This document shows positions 49,158-59,189 of a stretch of DNA of 64,000 nt, one piece after another. A program made the translations under genes and the position numbers. The notes beneath the pieces were generated by a model. It made no database searches. It saw only the letters and a list, made by a program, of their open reading frames with translations, and was not told the DNA's origin. The stretch's first letter is position 1, and the number at the start of each line of letters is the position of its first letter. Source of the stretch: Anaeromyxobacter sp. (GTDB taxonomy: Bacteria > Myxococcota > Myxococcia > Myxococcales > Anaeromyxobacteraceae); contig JASGJN010000017.1 of the NCBI GenBank assembly GCA_049840735.1, positions 512,001 to 576,000 on the forward strand, written 5' to 3'.

Positions 49158-49451
49158 CTACTGCTCCGGCCGGTGGCCGCTGCAGGAGAGGCAGTAGCGG
49201 GCCTCGGGGATGGCCCGCAGCCGCTGCAGGCCCATGGGGCCACCGCAGCTCTGGCACATCCCGTAGCGCCCCTCCTGGATCCGGGCCAGCGCCGCGTCGA
49301 TGTCGGCCAGCTCGCGCGCCACGCTGTCCGAACGCGCGGAGTCCTCCGCCTCCCAGGCCTCCAGGCCGGGGTCGGGGCGCCTCGTGCTCTGGCTCAGCGT
49401 ACGGCGGCGGCGGAGCAGCACCTCGCGCGCCTCCGCCTCGATCCGGCTCAT
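49158..49451 (-). CDS. TraR/DksA C4 zinc-finger protein
   Basis: IDAALARIQEGRYGMCQSCG..RLRAIPEARYCLSC. Confidence 0.88.
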   Translation of the reverse strand: MSRIEAEAREVLLRRRRTLSQSTRRPDPGLEAWEAEDSARSDSVARELADIDAALARIQEGRYGMCQSCGGPMGLQRLRAIPEARYCLSCSGHRPEQ

Positions 49452-49626
49452 GCGCGGGCGGCCGTTTCACGGGGCGTGCCCGCATCCAACCCCGCGTGAA
49501 CACGCCGTAAACTGCCACACCGCCCGCCAGAGTTGCGTGGGCCGGATCAAGCGGCGCACGCCTTGCGCCGCGGAGGGCAGCCCAGGTGGCGCCAAGCTGC
49601 CCGCCCGGCGCGCGCGCCCGCCGGCG

Positions 49627-50031
49627 TCAGTGCGGGTGGTGCCGGTGCCCCGCCCCGTGCCGCCACCCCTCGGCCGCCAGGCCGAGCCGGTCGAGCACCT
49701 CGGCGGTGATCACGCCGAGCACCCGCCCCTCCTCCACGACCGGGAGGCAGCCCACCCCGCAGTCACCCAGCGTGAGCGCCGCCTCGGCCACCTCGGCCCA
49801 GGGCCCGACCGTGAGCACCGGCACGCTCATCCGGTCGGAGACCGGCTCCGCCAGGTCGTCGCCGGGCGCGAGATCGCAGGAGCAGAGCACGCCCACCAGC
49901 CCATCCTCGTCGACCACCAGCAGGTGCTCCACCCCCGCGGCCCGCACCAGCGCCAGCGCCTTGATGACCGGCAGGTCGGGCGCCACGCTGACCGGCGCCC
50001 GGTCCATGATGTCGCCGACCTTGATCGCCAC
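49627..50031 (-). CDS. CBS-pair protein
   Basis: VGDIMDRAPVSV..HLLVV..VGVL; RMSVPV..GCLPVV..LGVIT. Confidence 0.85.
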   Translation of the reverse strand: MAIKVGDIMDRAPVSVAPDLPVIKALALVRAAGVEHLLVVDEDGLVGVLCSCDLAPGDDLAEPVSDRMSVPVLTVGPWAEVAEAALTLGDCGVGCLPVVEEGRVLGVITAEVLDRLGLAAEGWRHGAGHRHHPH

Positions 50032-50221
50032 CGCTGCCTCCGGCTGCCCGGTCCGCCGGGCCTGGAGCCCGAGGCGTGAGGACATGGAAGGAGCGTGCCC
50101 GGTTCAGCGGAGCCCGGAAAGCCGGCAACCCAAGCCAGGCGGGCTCGCGACTTCGGCGCAATACCGCTGCAGAAGGGTGCAACGCTGGCGGGGACCCACC
50201 TGTCGATCGACGCGCGCCCGC

Positions 50222-51559
50222 CTACCCCGGCATCGCGCGGCGGATGCGCAGCCCGCTGGCCACGTCGGCGTACTGGTTGCCGAGCTGGCGCGTGCGCGGA
50301 TCGAGCAGCCGCAGCAGCGGCGCCTCCCAGAGCTCGGGCGAGCGGGCCGGCACCGCCACGCGGCCGAAGCGACCGTCCTCCAGCTCCACCAGCGTGCCCG
50401 GCGGATGGCGCCCCAGCGTGTTGACCAGCACCTGCGCCAGGACCGGGTGATACGCCGTCCCCCCGCCGCGCAGCATGGCGCCCAGCGCGTCGGACCGCAG
50501 CACGCGAGCCCCGTAGAGGCGGACCACGTTGACGTAGTCCTCGGCCAGCCGGAGCAGCGCGCCGCCGGGCGAAGGCGCGGCGCGCGGCGTGGCGGCGTCG
50601 CGGTGGTGTTCCAGCACGGCGCGCAGGCGGCGCACCTTGGCCTCGTGGAAGCCGCGCTGGCGCAGCACCACCCGCGCGCCCTCCAGCGGGTGACGGAGAA
50701 GCCCGGCCTGGCCGCCGCCGGTGCGGGCGCCGAAGTAGCCGGCGTCGTGGATCAGCGCGGCGATGCCCAGGTCCTGCAGGAAGCTGGGGCTGAAGCCGGC
50801 CACGCGGCCGGTGGCGAGCGCCACGGTGGCCACCTCCAGCGCGTGCACGGCGTGCGGCGGCGCGTCGGACGGGAAGCCGCCCCAGAAGGCGGGCGCCCCC
50901 AGGCCGATGTCGAGCGCCTCCAGCACGGCACGGCGGAGCGGCAGGGGGTTGAGCAGCCGGCCGGCCTCGAGGTTGGCGCTGGTCTCGGTGACCAGCATCA
51001 GCATGCGCCGCACCACCTCCTCCGGCGGGCGGCGGTCCTCGCCCTCGTCGGTGCGGAAGCGGAAGATGCCGGCCGGCTCCACCGTCGTGACGCCCTCCTC
51101 GCGCAGCCGCTGCGAGAGCGCCTGCCGGGCGCCGTGCTCGGCCGGGGGCGCGGAGAGGGCACGGGTGAGCGCCCGGGTGGCGGCGTCGTCGAGCGCCGCG
51201 TGGAAGGAGAGCCCGCCGGTGTTGTGGCGGCGCAGGTCGCCGCCCAGGTCGCGCGAGCCCTTGCCGTCGTTCCGGATGCGGACGTCGTTGACGTAGATTT
51301 GGTCCTCGACCGTCACCACGTGGACGGTGCCGAGCAGCTCCACCAGCTCGGCCAGCGCCTTGCCGAACTCGATCACCGGCGCGTCGAAGGCCTTGTTCTC
51401 GGGGGCGTGGACGCGGGTCAGCTTCAGCAGGCCGGTGAGCAGGTGGACCACCTGCTCGCCGCGGTCGCGCACCCGCTGCGCCAGGTCCTTGTCCTCGCCG
51501 GCGCGGGCGCGCCCCAGCGCCCGGGCCATCTCCGCCTGCGCGCGGACCAGCTCATCCAT
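50222..51559 (-). CDS. Degenerate HD-GYP-like protein
   Basis: HALEVA..LIHDAG..HPLEGA..EHH; C-terminal LGRHPPGTLVELEDG; GYP motif absent. Confidence 0.75.
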   Translation of the reverse strand: MDELVRAQAEMARALGRARAGEDKDLAQRVRDRGEQVVHLLTGLLKLTRVHAPENKAFDAPVIEFGKALAELVELLGTVHVVTVEDQIYVNDVRIRNDGKGSRDLGGDLRRHNTGGLSFHAALDDAATRALTRALSAPPAEHGARQALSQRLREEGVTTVEPAGIFRFRTDEGEDRRPPEEVVRRMLMLVTETSANLEAGRLLNPLPLRRAVLEALDIGLGAPAFWGGFPSDAPPHAVHALEVATVALATGRVAGFSPSFLQDLGIAALIHDAGYFGARTGGGQAGLLRHPLEGARVVLRQRGFHEAKVRRLRAVLEHHRDAATPRAAPSPGGALLRLAEDYVNVVRLYGARVLRSDALGAMLRGGGTAYHPVLAQVLVNTLGRHPPGTLVELEDGRFGRVAVPARSPELWEAPLLRLLDPRTRQLGNQYADVASGLRIRRAMPG

Positions 51560-53223
51560 GGCGGCGCCCCTCGGCCCGGCGGCGGGCGACCGTGGCGTGG
51601 CAGTGGCGGCGCAGCGCCTCGTCCGCGCGCTTCACCACCTCCTCCAGCCGCTGCTCGGCCTCCGGCCCGGGGATGACCCCCAGCCCGGCCACCGCCGCCC
51701 ACTGCAGCAGGACCTCGTGGTCGCTGAGCCGGATGGCCCCCAGCAGCCGCTTCTTCTGCTCCAGCCAGCCGTCGAAGAGGCGCAGCGCCGCGCCGGCGTT
51801 GAGCGAGGCCAGCAGCCGGCCCAGCGCGGCGGCCTCGTCCCGGGAGTAGTCCTTGCGCGAGGAGAGCGCCTCCGCCACGGCGCGGGCCGAGGCGGCGTCG
51901 CCGTGCTTCTCCAAGGCCCCCGCGGCGGCGATCCGGAGCGGCTCGCTGGGCGAGGAGAGCAGCGCCAGCAGCGGCCCGGGCGGCACCTTGTGCGGCGAGG
52001 CCGCCAGCGCCCCCAGCGCCTCGGTCTGCACCGCCCGGTCCCGGTGCTCCAGGAGCGAGATTCGCGGCGCGATCGGCGTGCTCCGGCGCGCTCGCGGCGA
52101 TGGCCCGGAAGAGCGCCCGGGCGGGCTCGGCCGGCATCCCGGCCAGGCCCCGGGCGATCGCCTCGGCGTCGGCGGGCAGGCGCGCCCCGGCCAGGCGGAG
52201 CAGGACCTTCAGCCGGGCCGGGTCCTCCTCCTTCGGGATCCGGTCCAGCAGCGCCGCGGCGGGCACGAACGGGACCAGGCGCGCCGCCGCCGGCGGCAGC
52301 TCGCCGCCGCCCACCTCGGCCGCCGCCAGCACCGCCTCCACCAGCCGCGCGTCGGCCAGCCCGCGCAGCACGCCGTCGCGCAGCGGGCCGGGCGGCTGGC
52401 GCTGCACCAGGTCGGCGAGCTGGGCCAGCGCGTTCAGGTCGTGCTCCGCCACCAGGAAGTCGCGCAGCTCGGAGCAGTACTGGGCCGCGTCCTCCACCGG
52501 CAGCGCCGAGCGCGCCGCCCAGGCCATCAGCTCCGCGGCCAGCTGCAGCGCGCTCCGCGCCAGCGCCTCGTCGGTGGTCTCGGCGCGCAGCGGCGCCAGC
52601 GCCTCGTCCGGCACGGGCCGGTAGGCGACCGGGCCCGGCGGCGGGAGCTTGGGGAAGGGCTGGTCGAAGTCCGGCGGCGGCTCCCCGCCGCGCGGGCGGA
52701 TGCCCTCCTCCGGCTCCTCCTCGTCCGGCGCGTAGCCCTCCACCGCCGTGACCAGGATGGTCCGCATCTCCGCCTTCTTGAGGAGCGTGACCACGTCGTC
52801 CTCGGACTGCCGGACGCCGGCGTAGCGGATGGCCAGGATCTGCAGCAGCATCAGCAGCTCGCGGAAGTCCACGCCGGGCAGGTAGGTGACCTTCCGCACG
52901 CCGTCGCGGAACAGCTTGAACGCCAGCGAGCGCTCGCGGTCCTCCTCGCGGTAGATGACCTCCTCGGCCACCATCAGCTCGAAGGGCTTCACGTCCACGG
53001 CCACCGGGCCCATGGCGGTGGCCGCCTCGGCCGCCGCCCGGTAGTCCTCGATGAACTTGCGGACGATGGTGTTGGCCGGGTCGTAGAGCGTGAAGGCCCG
53101 GGCGGCCTTGCCCAGCGCGGACATCAGCGCCGCGGCCGCCTGGGCCCGGGGGGAGCCGCGCAGCAGCGGTGAGGGAGCCTCGGTCTCAGCGGCGGGGGAC
53201 TGCGGGCGCGGCGCCTCGGCCAT
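51552..53223 (-). CDS. HEAT-repeat protein (apparent frameshift ~52061)
   Basis: N-terminal RAFTLYDPAN..LAFKLFRDGVR domain; C-terminal LLSSPSEPLRIAAAGAL-type repeats; stop overlaps the HD gene start. Confidence 0.75.
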
Positions 53224-53310
53224 CGTGGAGCGAGTCCACACCGGGGGACGACCGGCGTCAAGTGAGGGGCTCTCGGGACGCGGGCGCAGGATGCGCTACG
53301 CTCTGCGCCC

Positions 53311-53961
53311 ATGTGCGGACGGTTCACCCTCACCACCCGTGATCTGGCCGAGCTGGCGCGCACCTGGGCCGCCGAGGTGGACGCCGCCCTGGCCGCCGGC
53401 TGGCGCCCCCGCTTCAACGTGGCCCCGGGCGATCCCCACCCCGTGCTCCGCGCCGAGGCGGGCCGCCGGCGCCTGGTCCCGGCCGCCTTCGGGCTCACCG
53501 GGCCGGCCGGACTGGTCATCAATGCCCGCGCGGAGACGGCGGCCACCCGCCCCACCTTCCGCGAGGCCTGGCAGGGCCGGCGCGCCGTGGTCCCGGCCGA
53601 CGGGTTCTTCGAGTGGGAGGGGCCGCCCACGGCCCGCCGGCCCACCTGGTTCCACGCACCAGACGGCGGGCCGCTGCTGCTGGCGGCGCTGCTGGGACCG
53701 GCGCCTGGAGGGGGCGACGGCTTCGCCATCGTGACCACCGCCGCCTGCCCGCCGGTGAGCCGGCTGCACGACCGGATGCCGGTGATCCTGCCGCCGGAGG
53801 CGCTGGACGCCTGGCTCTCCGGCCCTCCCCCTGCCCTGCGGCCGCCCCGCGACGGCGCGCTGGCCGCCCGGCCGGTCTCGAGCCGGGTCAACGCGGTCGG
53901 GAACGACGACGAGGGCTGCCTCGGGCCACCCGAGCCTCCGCGGCAGGGCAGCCTCTTCTGA
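53311..53961 (+). CDS. SOS response-associated peptidase (SRAP/YedK family)
   Basis: MCGRF N-terminus, RFNVAP, INARAET, PADGFFEW, HDRMPVIL, VN..GND. Confidence 0.95.
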   Translation: MCGRFTLTTRDLAELARTWAAEVDAALAAGWRPRFNVAPGDPHPVLRAEAGRRRLVPAAFGLTGPAGLVINARAETAATRPTFREAWQGRRAVVPADGFFEWEGPPTARRPTWFHAPDGGPLLLAALLGPAPGGGDGFAIVTTAACPPVSRLHDRMPVILPPEALDAWLSGPPPALRPPRDGALAARPVSSRVNAVGNDDEGCLGPPEPPRQGSLF

Positions 53962-53968
53962 GGGGCCG

Positions 53969-54616
53969 CTACTCCTCCCCTTCCAGCGCGCTGCTGCGCG
54001 CCACGGTCACGCCGGCGCCGGCCAGGACCGCGTCCACCTCTCCCTGGCGATCCGGGAAGACGGCGCGGGTCAGGTCGTCCAGCACCACCGCCCGGAACCC
54101 CTCGGCGGCGGCATCCACCGCGGTGGCGCGGACGCAGAAGTCGCGCGCCAGGCCGCACACGAAGACCCGCTCCACGCCGCGGGCGCGCAGCCAGGCGCCG
54201 AGCCCGGTGGTCGGGCGCCGCCCGTCCGGCCCGACGTTCTCGCGGAGGCCGCTGTACGAGTCCACGTCCGGCCGCGTCCCCTTGCGCAGGATGAGCGTGG
54301 CCGCCGTGTCGGGGAAGCCGGGGTGGAGGGCCGCGCCGGGGGTGCCCTGGACGCAGTGGTCGGGCCAGAGCTCCTGGGGCCCCTGCGGCAGCTGCGCGGT
54401 CTGGAACGGCTGGCGTCCGGCGTGGGAGGACGCGAAGGAGACGTGGCCGCGGGGGTGCCAGTCCTGCGTCGCCACCACGGTCGTGAAGCGCGGCGCCAGC
54501 CGCGCGATGGGCGCCACCACCGCGTCGCCGCCGGCCACCGCGAGCGCCCCGCCGGGCAGGAAGTCGTGCTGCAGGTCCACCACGATCAGGGCATCGCGCG
54601 CGCGGTCGATGGGCAT
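53969..54616 (-). CDS. pncA: Nicotinamidase/pyrazinamidase
   Basis: VVDLQHDFLPGGAL, TQDWHP..H.SF, WPDHCVQ, RKG..DSYS, GLARDFCV. Confidence 0.95.
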   Translation of the reverse strand: MPIDRARDALIVVDLQHDFLPGGALAVAGGDAVVAPIARLAPRFTTVVATQDWHPRGHVSFASSHAGRQPFQTAQLPQGPQELWPDHCVQGTPGAALHPGFPDTAATLILRKGTRPDVDSYSGLRENVGPDGRRPTTGLGAWLRARGVERVFVCGLARDFCVRATAVDAAAEGFRAVVLDDLTRAVFPDRQGEVDAVLAGAGVTVARSSALEGEE

Positions 54617-54787
54617 GGGCGGGATCATAAGCCGGCCGCCGCGGCCCATCCGCACCCGGCGGCGCGGACGGCCCCCTGCCGGGCCCGGCCGCGGCGCGAC
54701 CGGGCGGGCGGGATTCCGCCGCGAAGCGCCGGAAACCAAGGCATTCCGTGTTGTCTCGGGCCCTGGCCTGAGCTAGCTTGCGCCCCC

Positions 54788-56356
54788 ATGGACAAGATCT
54801 GGGTGAAGGACGTGAAGGAAGGCGAGCGCGTCAAGAGCGTCTTCCTCGTCGCCCGCAAGGCCGTCCCCACCGCCAAGAGCGGCAAGACGTACCTGTCGGT
54901 CACCTTCCACGACAAGACCGGCGAGCTGGAGGCGCGCGCGTTCGAGCGCGTCGAGGAGCTCGGCGGCACGTTCGAGGAGAAGGACCTGGTCGAGGTCGAG
55001 GGTAGCATCGGCGCCTTCCAGGGCAAGCCGCAGCTCCGCATCGAGACCGCGACCAAGGTGGACCCGGCCACGCTCGACGCGGCCGAGTTCGCCTGGGTGG
55101 CGCCGCCCGAGCCGAGGAAGCCGGAGAAGGTGGAGAAGCCCGCGGCCGCCGAGGCCGACGACACCCACTGGAAGGAGCTGCTCGGGCTGGTCGACGTGGT
55201 GGTCGACCCCAAGGTGAAGGAGCTCATCCACGCCTTCCTCGACGACGAGGACGTGGCCGCCCGCCTGCGCCGCTCCCCCGCCGCCAAGACCGTGCACCAC
55301 GCCTACCCGGGCGGCCTGCTGGAGCACACCGTCTCCTGCATCAAGCTGGCGCACCGGATCGCCGACCACTACCCGCAGGTCGATCGCGACCTGCTGGTGG
55401 CGGGCGCCTTCTTCCACGACCTGGGCAAGATCCGCGAGCTGTCCGGCGAGCGGAGCACCGAGTACACCGACGAGGGCCGGCTCATCGGCCACCTGGTGAT
55501 GACCGCGCAGTGGGTCCACGACAAGGCCCGCCGCGTGGGCGCGTCGAGGGAGCTGGAGCACCACATCGTGCACCTGGTGCTGGCGCACCACGGGCAGCTC
55601 GACTACGGCTCGCCCAAGGTCCCGATGACCCTCGAGGCCCTGATCACGCACGAGATCGACGAGATCGACAGCCGCGTGAACTCCTGGCTCAACCTGATGG
55701 GGCGCGAGGGCGGCAACCGCCGCTGGACGGACTCCAACAACGTCTACGAGCAGCAGATCTGGCGGGGCGCCCTGCCCACGGTGCAGGCCGAGAAGAAGGG
55801 GCCGGCGCCGGAGCTGATGACGCCGGTCATCTACGTGCCGCGCGAGGGGCAGAAGCGCAAGCCGCAGCCCCAGCAGCAGCAGAACGCGCCGCGCAAGCCG
55901 CGCCCCGAGCGTCCGGAGCGCCCGCAGCACGCGGCCCCGGCGGCGGCTGGCGAGGGCAAGCCCGCCGAGGGCGGCGCGCCGGCCGAGGCCCGCGCCGAGC
56001 ACCAGCGGCCCGAGCGCGCCGAGCGGCCGGACCGCGGCCCGCGCCCGGAGCGCGGCGCCGGCGAGCACCGGGGCGGCGGTGAGCACCGCGGCTTCGGCGG
56101 CCCCGGCGGCGATCGCAAGCGCGGCTACACCGGCCCGCGGCTCCCCGGGGACAAGGGCCCGCACCGCCCTGCCGAGAAGAAGTCCCTGACCCACAACCCC
56201 TTCGCCGCGCTGGCGCAGAAGCTGGAGGACGCCGGCAAGGAGGAGAAGCCCGCCGAGGCCGCCGTCGAGGCCGCCCCGGTCGAGCAGGCCCCCGAGCCCA
56301 CCCCGCCCGCGGAGGCCCCGGCCCCCGCCGAGGTGGCCGAGAAGCCGGCCGAGTAG
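54788..56356 (+). CDS. yhaM: 3'-5' exoribonuclease YhaM family (OB + HD) with long disordered tail
   Basis: GKTYLSVTFHDKTG; PAAKTVHHAYPGGLLEH; HDLGK; EGRLIGH; LAHHG..YGSPKVP. Confidence 0.88.
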   Translation: MDKIWVKDVKEGERVKSVFLVARKAVPTAKSGKTYLSVTFHDKTGELEARAFERVEELGGTFEEKDLVEVEGSIGAFQGKPQLRIETATKVDPATLDAAEFAWVAPPEPRKPEKVEKPAAAEADDTHWKELLGLVDVVVDPKVKELIHAFLDDEDVAARLRRSPAAKTVHHAYPGGLLEHTVSCIKLAHRIADHYPQVDRDLLVAGAFFHDLGKIRELSGERSTEYTDEGRLIGHLVMTAQWVHDKARRVGASRELEHHIVHLVLAHHGQLDYGSPKVPMTLEALITHEIDEIDSRVNSWLNLMGREGGNRRWTDSNNVYEQQIWRGALPTVQAEKKGPAPELMTPVIYVPREGQKRKPQPQQQQNAPRKPRPERPERPQHAAPAAAGEGKPAEGGAPAEARAEHQRPERAERPDRGPRPERGAGEHRGGGEHRGFGGPGGDRKRGYTGPRLPGDKGPHRPAEKKSLTHNPFAALAQKLEDAGKEEKPAEAAVEAAPVEQAPEPTPPAEAPAPAEVAEKPAE

Positions 56357-56403
56357 GCCCGAGCAGGCCTTGTCCTGCTGCGAGGTCAGCGGCCTGCCGC
56401 CTG

Positions 56404-56662
56404 CCCTTCGACTCCGCCCCGCCGCTGGCGGGGCTACGCTCAGGGCGAACGGTCCGATAGGCCGTTCGCTGGCGCGTGCCCTCCGCCCGTTCGGCCTGAG
56501 CATAGGGCCAGCGTAGGGCCGCCGCGACCCGGGATTCAGCGCACCCTGCGCTGTCCCGGGTCGCTACGCTCAGGGCGAACGGTCCGATAGGCCGTTCGCC
56601 GGCGCGTGCCCTCCGCCCGTTCGGCCTGAGCGTAGGGCCGCGCAGCGGCCCGAAGTCGAAGG
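56404..56662. repeat. Composite REP/BIME-like element with a ~77-bp direct duplication
   Basis: 56433-56509 and 56563-56639 near-identical; each has CTACGCTCAGGGCGAACGG facing CCGTTCGGCCTGAGC; outer ends CCCTTCGAC and GTCGAAGG. Confidence 0.8.
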
Positions 56663-56722
56663 CCAGGGACCCGACCGGCCGCTCGCTTTTGCGCCCGCTG
56701 CCCGGCCGCGTACAATCGCGGC

Positions 56723-57445
56723 ATGGTGCCGTTCGGCCGCACGGCCGCCTTCTTCGACGTCGACGACTCGCTCCTGGACGGGAACGCCGGGACCATCTTC
56801 ACCTGGTACCTGTACAGCGAGCGCGTGATGAAGCCCGAGGTGCGCTCGCGCATCCCGCGCATCATCTACGAGTACGCCCGCAACCGGCTCACCGAGCAGG
56901 ACATGGTGGAGGCCGGCTCGCGGTGCCAGGAGGGGCTCTACGCGGACGTGGTGAAGGCCCACGCCCACCTCTGCTTCGAGCGCTACCTGCGCAAGCGGAT
57001 CACCAGCGGCGCCATCCGGCAGATCCGCAAGCACCTGCTCTCCGGCCACTTCGTGGCCATCGCCTCCGGCTCCTCGCAGTACATCATCGACGAGGTGGCG
57101 GCCCACCTGCGCGTGCACGCGGCCATCGGCACCCGGGCGCGCATCGTGGACGGCCGGATCACCGGGCAGATCGTGCCGCCGGTGGTGTTCCGCGACGGGA
57201 AGCGGGCCGCGGTAGAGGCGCTGGCGGCCCGCTACGACCTCGACCTCTCGCGCGCCTACCTGTACTCCGACTCGGCCGCCGACGCGCCGCTCTTCGAGGC
57301 GGTCGGCAACCCGGTGGTGGTGAACCCCAAGGCGCCCTTCCGCGCCGTCGCCGACCAGCGCGGCTGGGAGGTGGTGCAGTGGAAGGAGCGCAACCGCCCC
57401 GGCGAGCCGGACATGGCGGATGAGTGGGGGAGCTGGGAGGGCTGA
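56723..57445 (+). CDS. HAD-IB family hydrolase
   Basis: AAFFDVDDSL, IASGS, GK, YLYSDSAADAPL..VGNPVVVNP. Confidence 0.92.
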   Translation: MVPFGRTAAFFDVDDSLLDGNAGTIFTWYLYSERVMKPEVRSRIPRIIYEYARNRLTEQDMVEAGSRCQEGLYADVVKAHAHLCFERYLRKRITSGAIRQIRKHLLSGHFVAIASGSSQYIIDEVAAHLRVHAAIGTRARIVDGRITGQIVPPVVFRDGKRAAVEALAARYDLDLSRAYLYSDSAADAPLFEAVGNPVVVNPKAPFRAVADQRGWEVVQWKERNRPGEPDMADEWGSWEG

Positions 57446-57547
57446 AGCGAGGTCCGCGGCGCTGCAGCGACGGCGCGAGGGTCCGATAAGCGCAGCCCGC
57501 GCTAGGCTGCGAGGAGAGCGACGCCTCATCGTCGCTGCAGGTAGCTC

Positions 57548-57961
57548 ATGCGCAACACCGTCACCTTCCACCACCCAGCGCCTCTGGTCTTCGTCTCCGA
57601 AGAGGACGGCGTCCTCAGCATCGCGGGCGCCGGATGGTTCCTCGAGCTGCTCCGGACGATCAGCGGCCTCGACCTCGATCACGAGGTCACGCAGGAGGAC
57701 TGGGGCGTGGTGGCCCGCGCCAGCCGAGCCGGGTGTCGGTTCTGGATCGGCTTGAGCGGGCTGGGCCAGCACGAGTCGATGGCCCATGTCCACCACCACT
57801 CGCTCGCCTGGCTCCAGCGCCTCAGCCCAGGGGGACGAGCGGCCCTCGCCGCCCTGGTGGGCGAGGTCGATCGCGCGCTCCGCGTGGCGAAGGCGACAGA
57901 CGTGAGGTGGTTCGAGGAAAGCAATCGGAACCATCGGGCTCCGGCGGAGTCGCCGACGTAG
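57548..57961 (+). CDS. Hypothetical protein
   Basis: 137-aa ORF with globular composition (QEDWGV..FWIGL..VRWF). Confidence 0.55.
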   Translation: MRNTVTFHHPAPLVFVSEEDGVLSIAGAGWFLELLRTISGLDLDHEVTQEDWGVVARASRAGCRFWIGLSGLGQHESMAHVHHHSLAWLQRLSPGGRAALAALVGEVDRALRVAKATDVRWFEESNRNHRAPAESPT

Positions 57962-58083
57962 CAGCGCGTCACGACGTCCAGCCGCCTTCCTGGAGGCCTT
58001 CTACGCCGCGCTGCGCGGCCGGCTGGCGCGGCGGCTGCTCCTCGCCAGGCGCCGCGCGTCGAAGGACGACAGGCTGAATCAGC

Positions 58084-58926
58084 TCACTCGAACACCGCCG
58101 CCAGCTCCACCTGGGCGGCGGCGTCGGGTGCGGCCTTCAGCCGGTGGTACACGACGGCGGCCGACACGGGGCCGGCCGCACCGGCGGCGCCGGTCGCCGG
58201 CAGGATCACGCCGAAGAACGCGAAGACGACCTCGCCGGAGGCCCTCGGGGCCGAGAGGGCGCCCACCACCAGCACCCCCGCGATCACGACCGCGCCCAGC
58301 GCGAGCAGGGCCAGCAGCGCCTGGACCGCGAGCGCGCCGAGGAGCGCCCAGCGGCGGCCGCGGGTCAGCTGGGCGCTGCGCCGCAGGGAGGAGAGGATCC
58401 CCTCCCCCTCGAGCGCGATGAGCGGAAGGGCCAACCACCAGCGCACCGCCAGGACCGGGGCGGCGGCGGCCCCGGCGATGGCCAGGAGGGGCGGCCAGGA
58501 GCTCCACTGGAGGTTTCCGTTCGCGGCCAGCGCGATGATCAGCGCGATACCGGCCACGACGGCGCCTCCCACGGCGCAGCCGGCCATCACGGGCAGCACG
58601 CGCCGCCAGGCCGGCCCGAGCGCGCGGCGGAGCGGCAGCCGCTCGCCGCGGAGCGCGGCAGCCGCCCCTGCCGTCACGGCCACGAGTCCCAGCGCGCCGA
58701 CCAGCAGCCCGACCGCACCGGTGGCGAGGAACATGATCAGCGCCGACGTTCCGGACGGGCCGCCGTCTTCCTGGCCCAGGACGGTGAAGAACCAGGCCAG
58801 GAACCCGAGCAGCGGCAGTTGCGCCACCGCGCCCATGACGCCGAACCGGTGCAGGTTCCGGAGCCAGATGCCCAGCGCCGGTCGGATCAGTGGGCCCAGC
58901 GGGGCGCGCGGATCTCCCGGCCCCAT
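58084..58926 (-). CDS. Integral membrane protein
   Basis: About six TMs; ALEGEGILSSLRRSAQLTRGRRW motif; C-terminal LAAVFE. Confidence 0.7.
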   Translation of the reverse strand: MGPGDPRAPLGPLIRPALGIWLRNLHRFGVMGAVAQLPLLGFLAWFFTVLGQEDGGPSGTSALIMFLATGAVGLLVGALGLVAVTAGAAAALRGERLPLRRALGPAWRRVLPVMAGCAVGGAVVAGIALIIALAANGNLQWSSWPPLLAIAGAAAAPVLAVRWWLALPLIALEGEGILSSLRRSAQLTRGRRWALLGALAVQALLALLALGAVVIAGVLVVGALSAPRASGEVVFAFFGVILPATGAAGAAGPVSAAVVYHRLKAAPDAAAQVELAAVFE

Positions 58927-59189
58927 GCGGTCAACCCAACACCGGCGCCAGGCGGGCCCGCGTGCTCCGAAGCGGCTGCTGCTCCATCTCGCTCCTCCGC
59001 GCCGGAGGGCGCGCGGCGACGAGCCTACGGGACCGCGCGGCGTGCGGGAAGTGCGTTCCTGGGACGCGGTGGGCGGATGGCCTACAGACGGGAGCGGCTC
59101 CCTGACCATATGCGCCCAAATCTAGCTGGGGTCCGTGCATCCGCTCGCGCCGCGCCCGCAGCAGCCGCGCCAGCTCCAGGGTGTCCGGA

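Noticed and set aside
56433..56639. CRISPR array
   Set aside because: Only two ~77-bp copies with REP-type inverted structure, no unique spacer series and no cas genes
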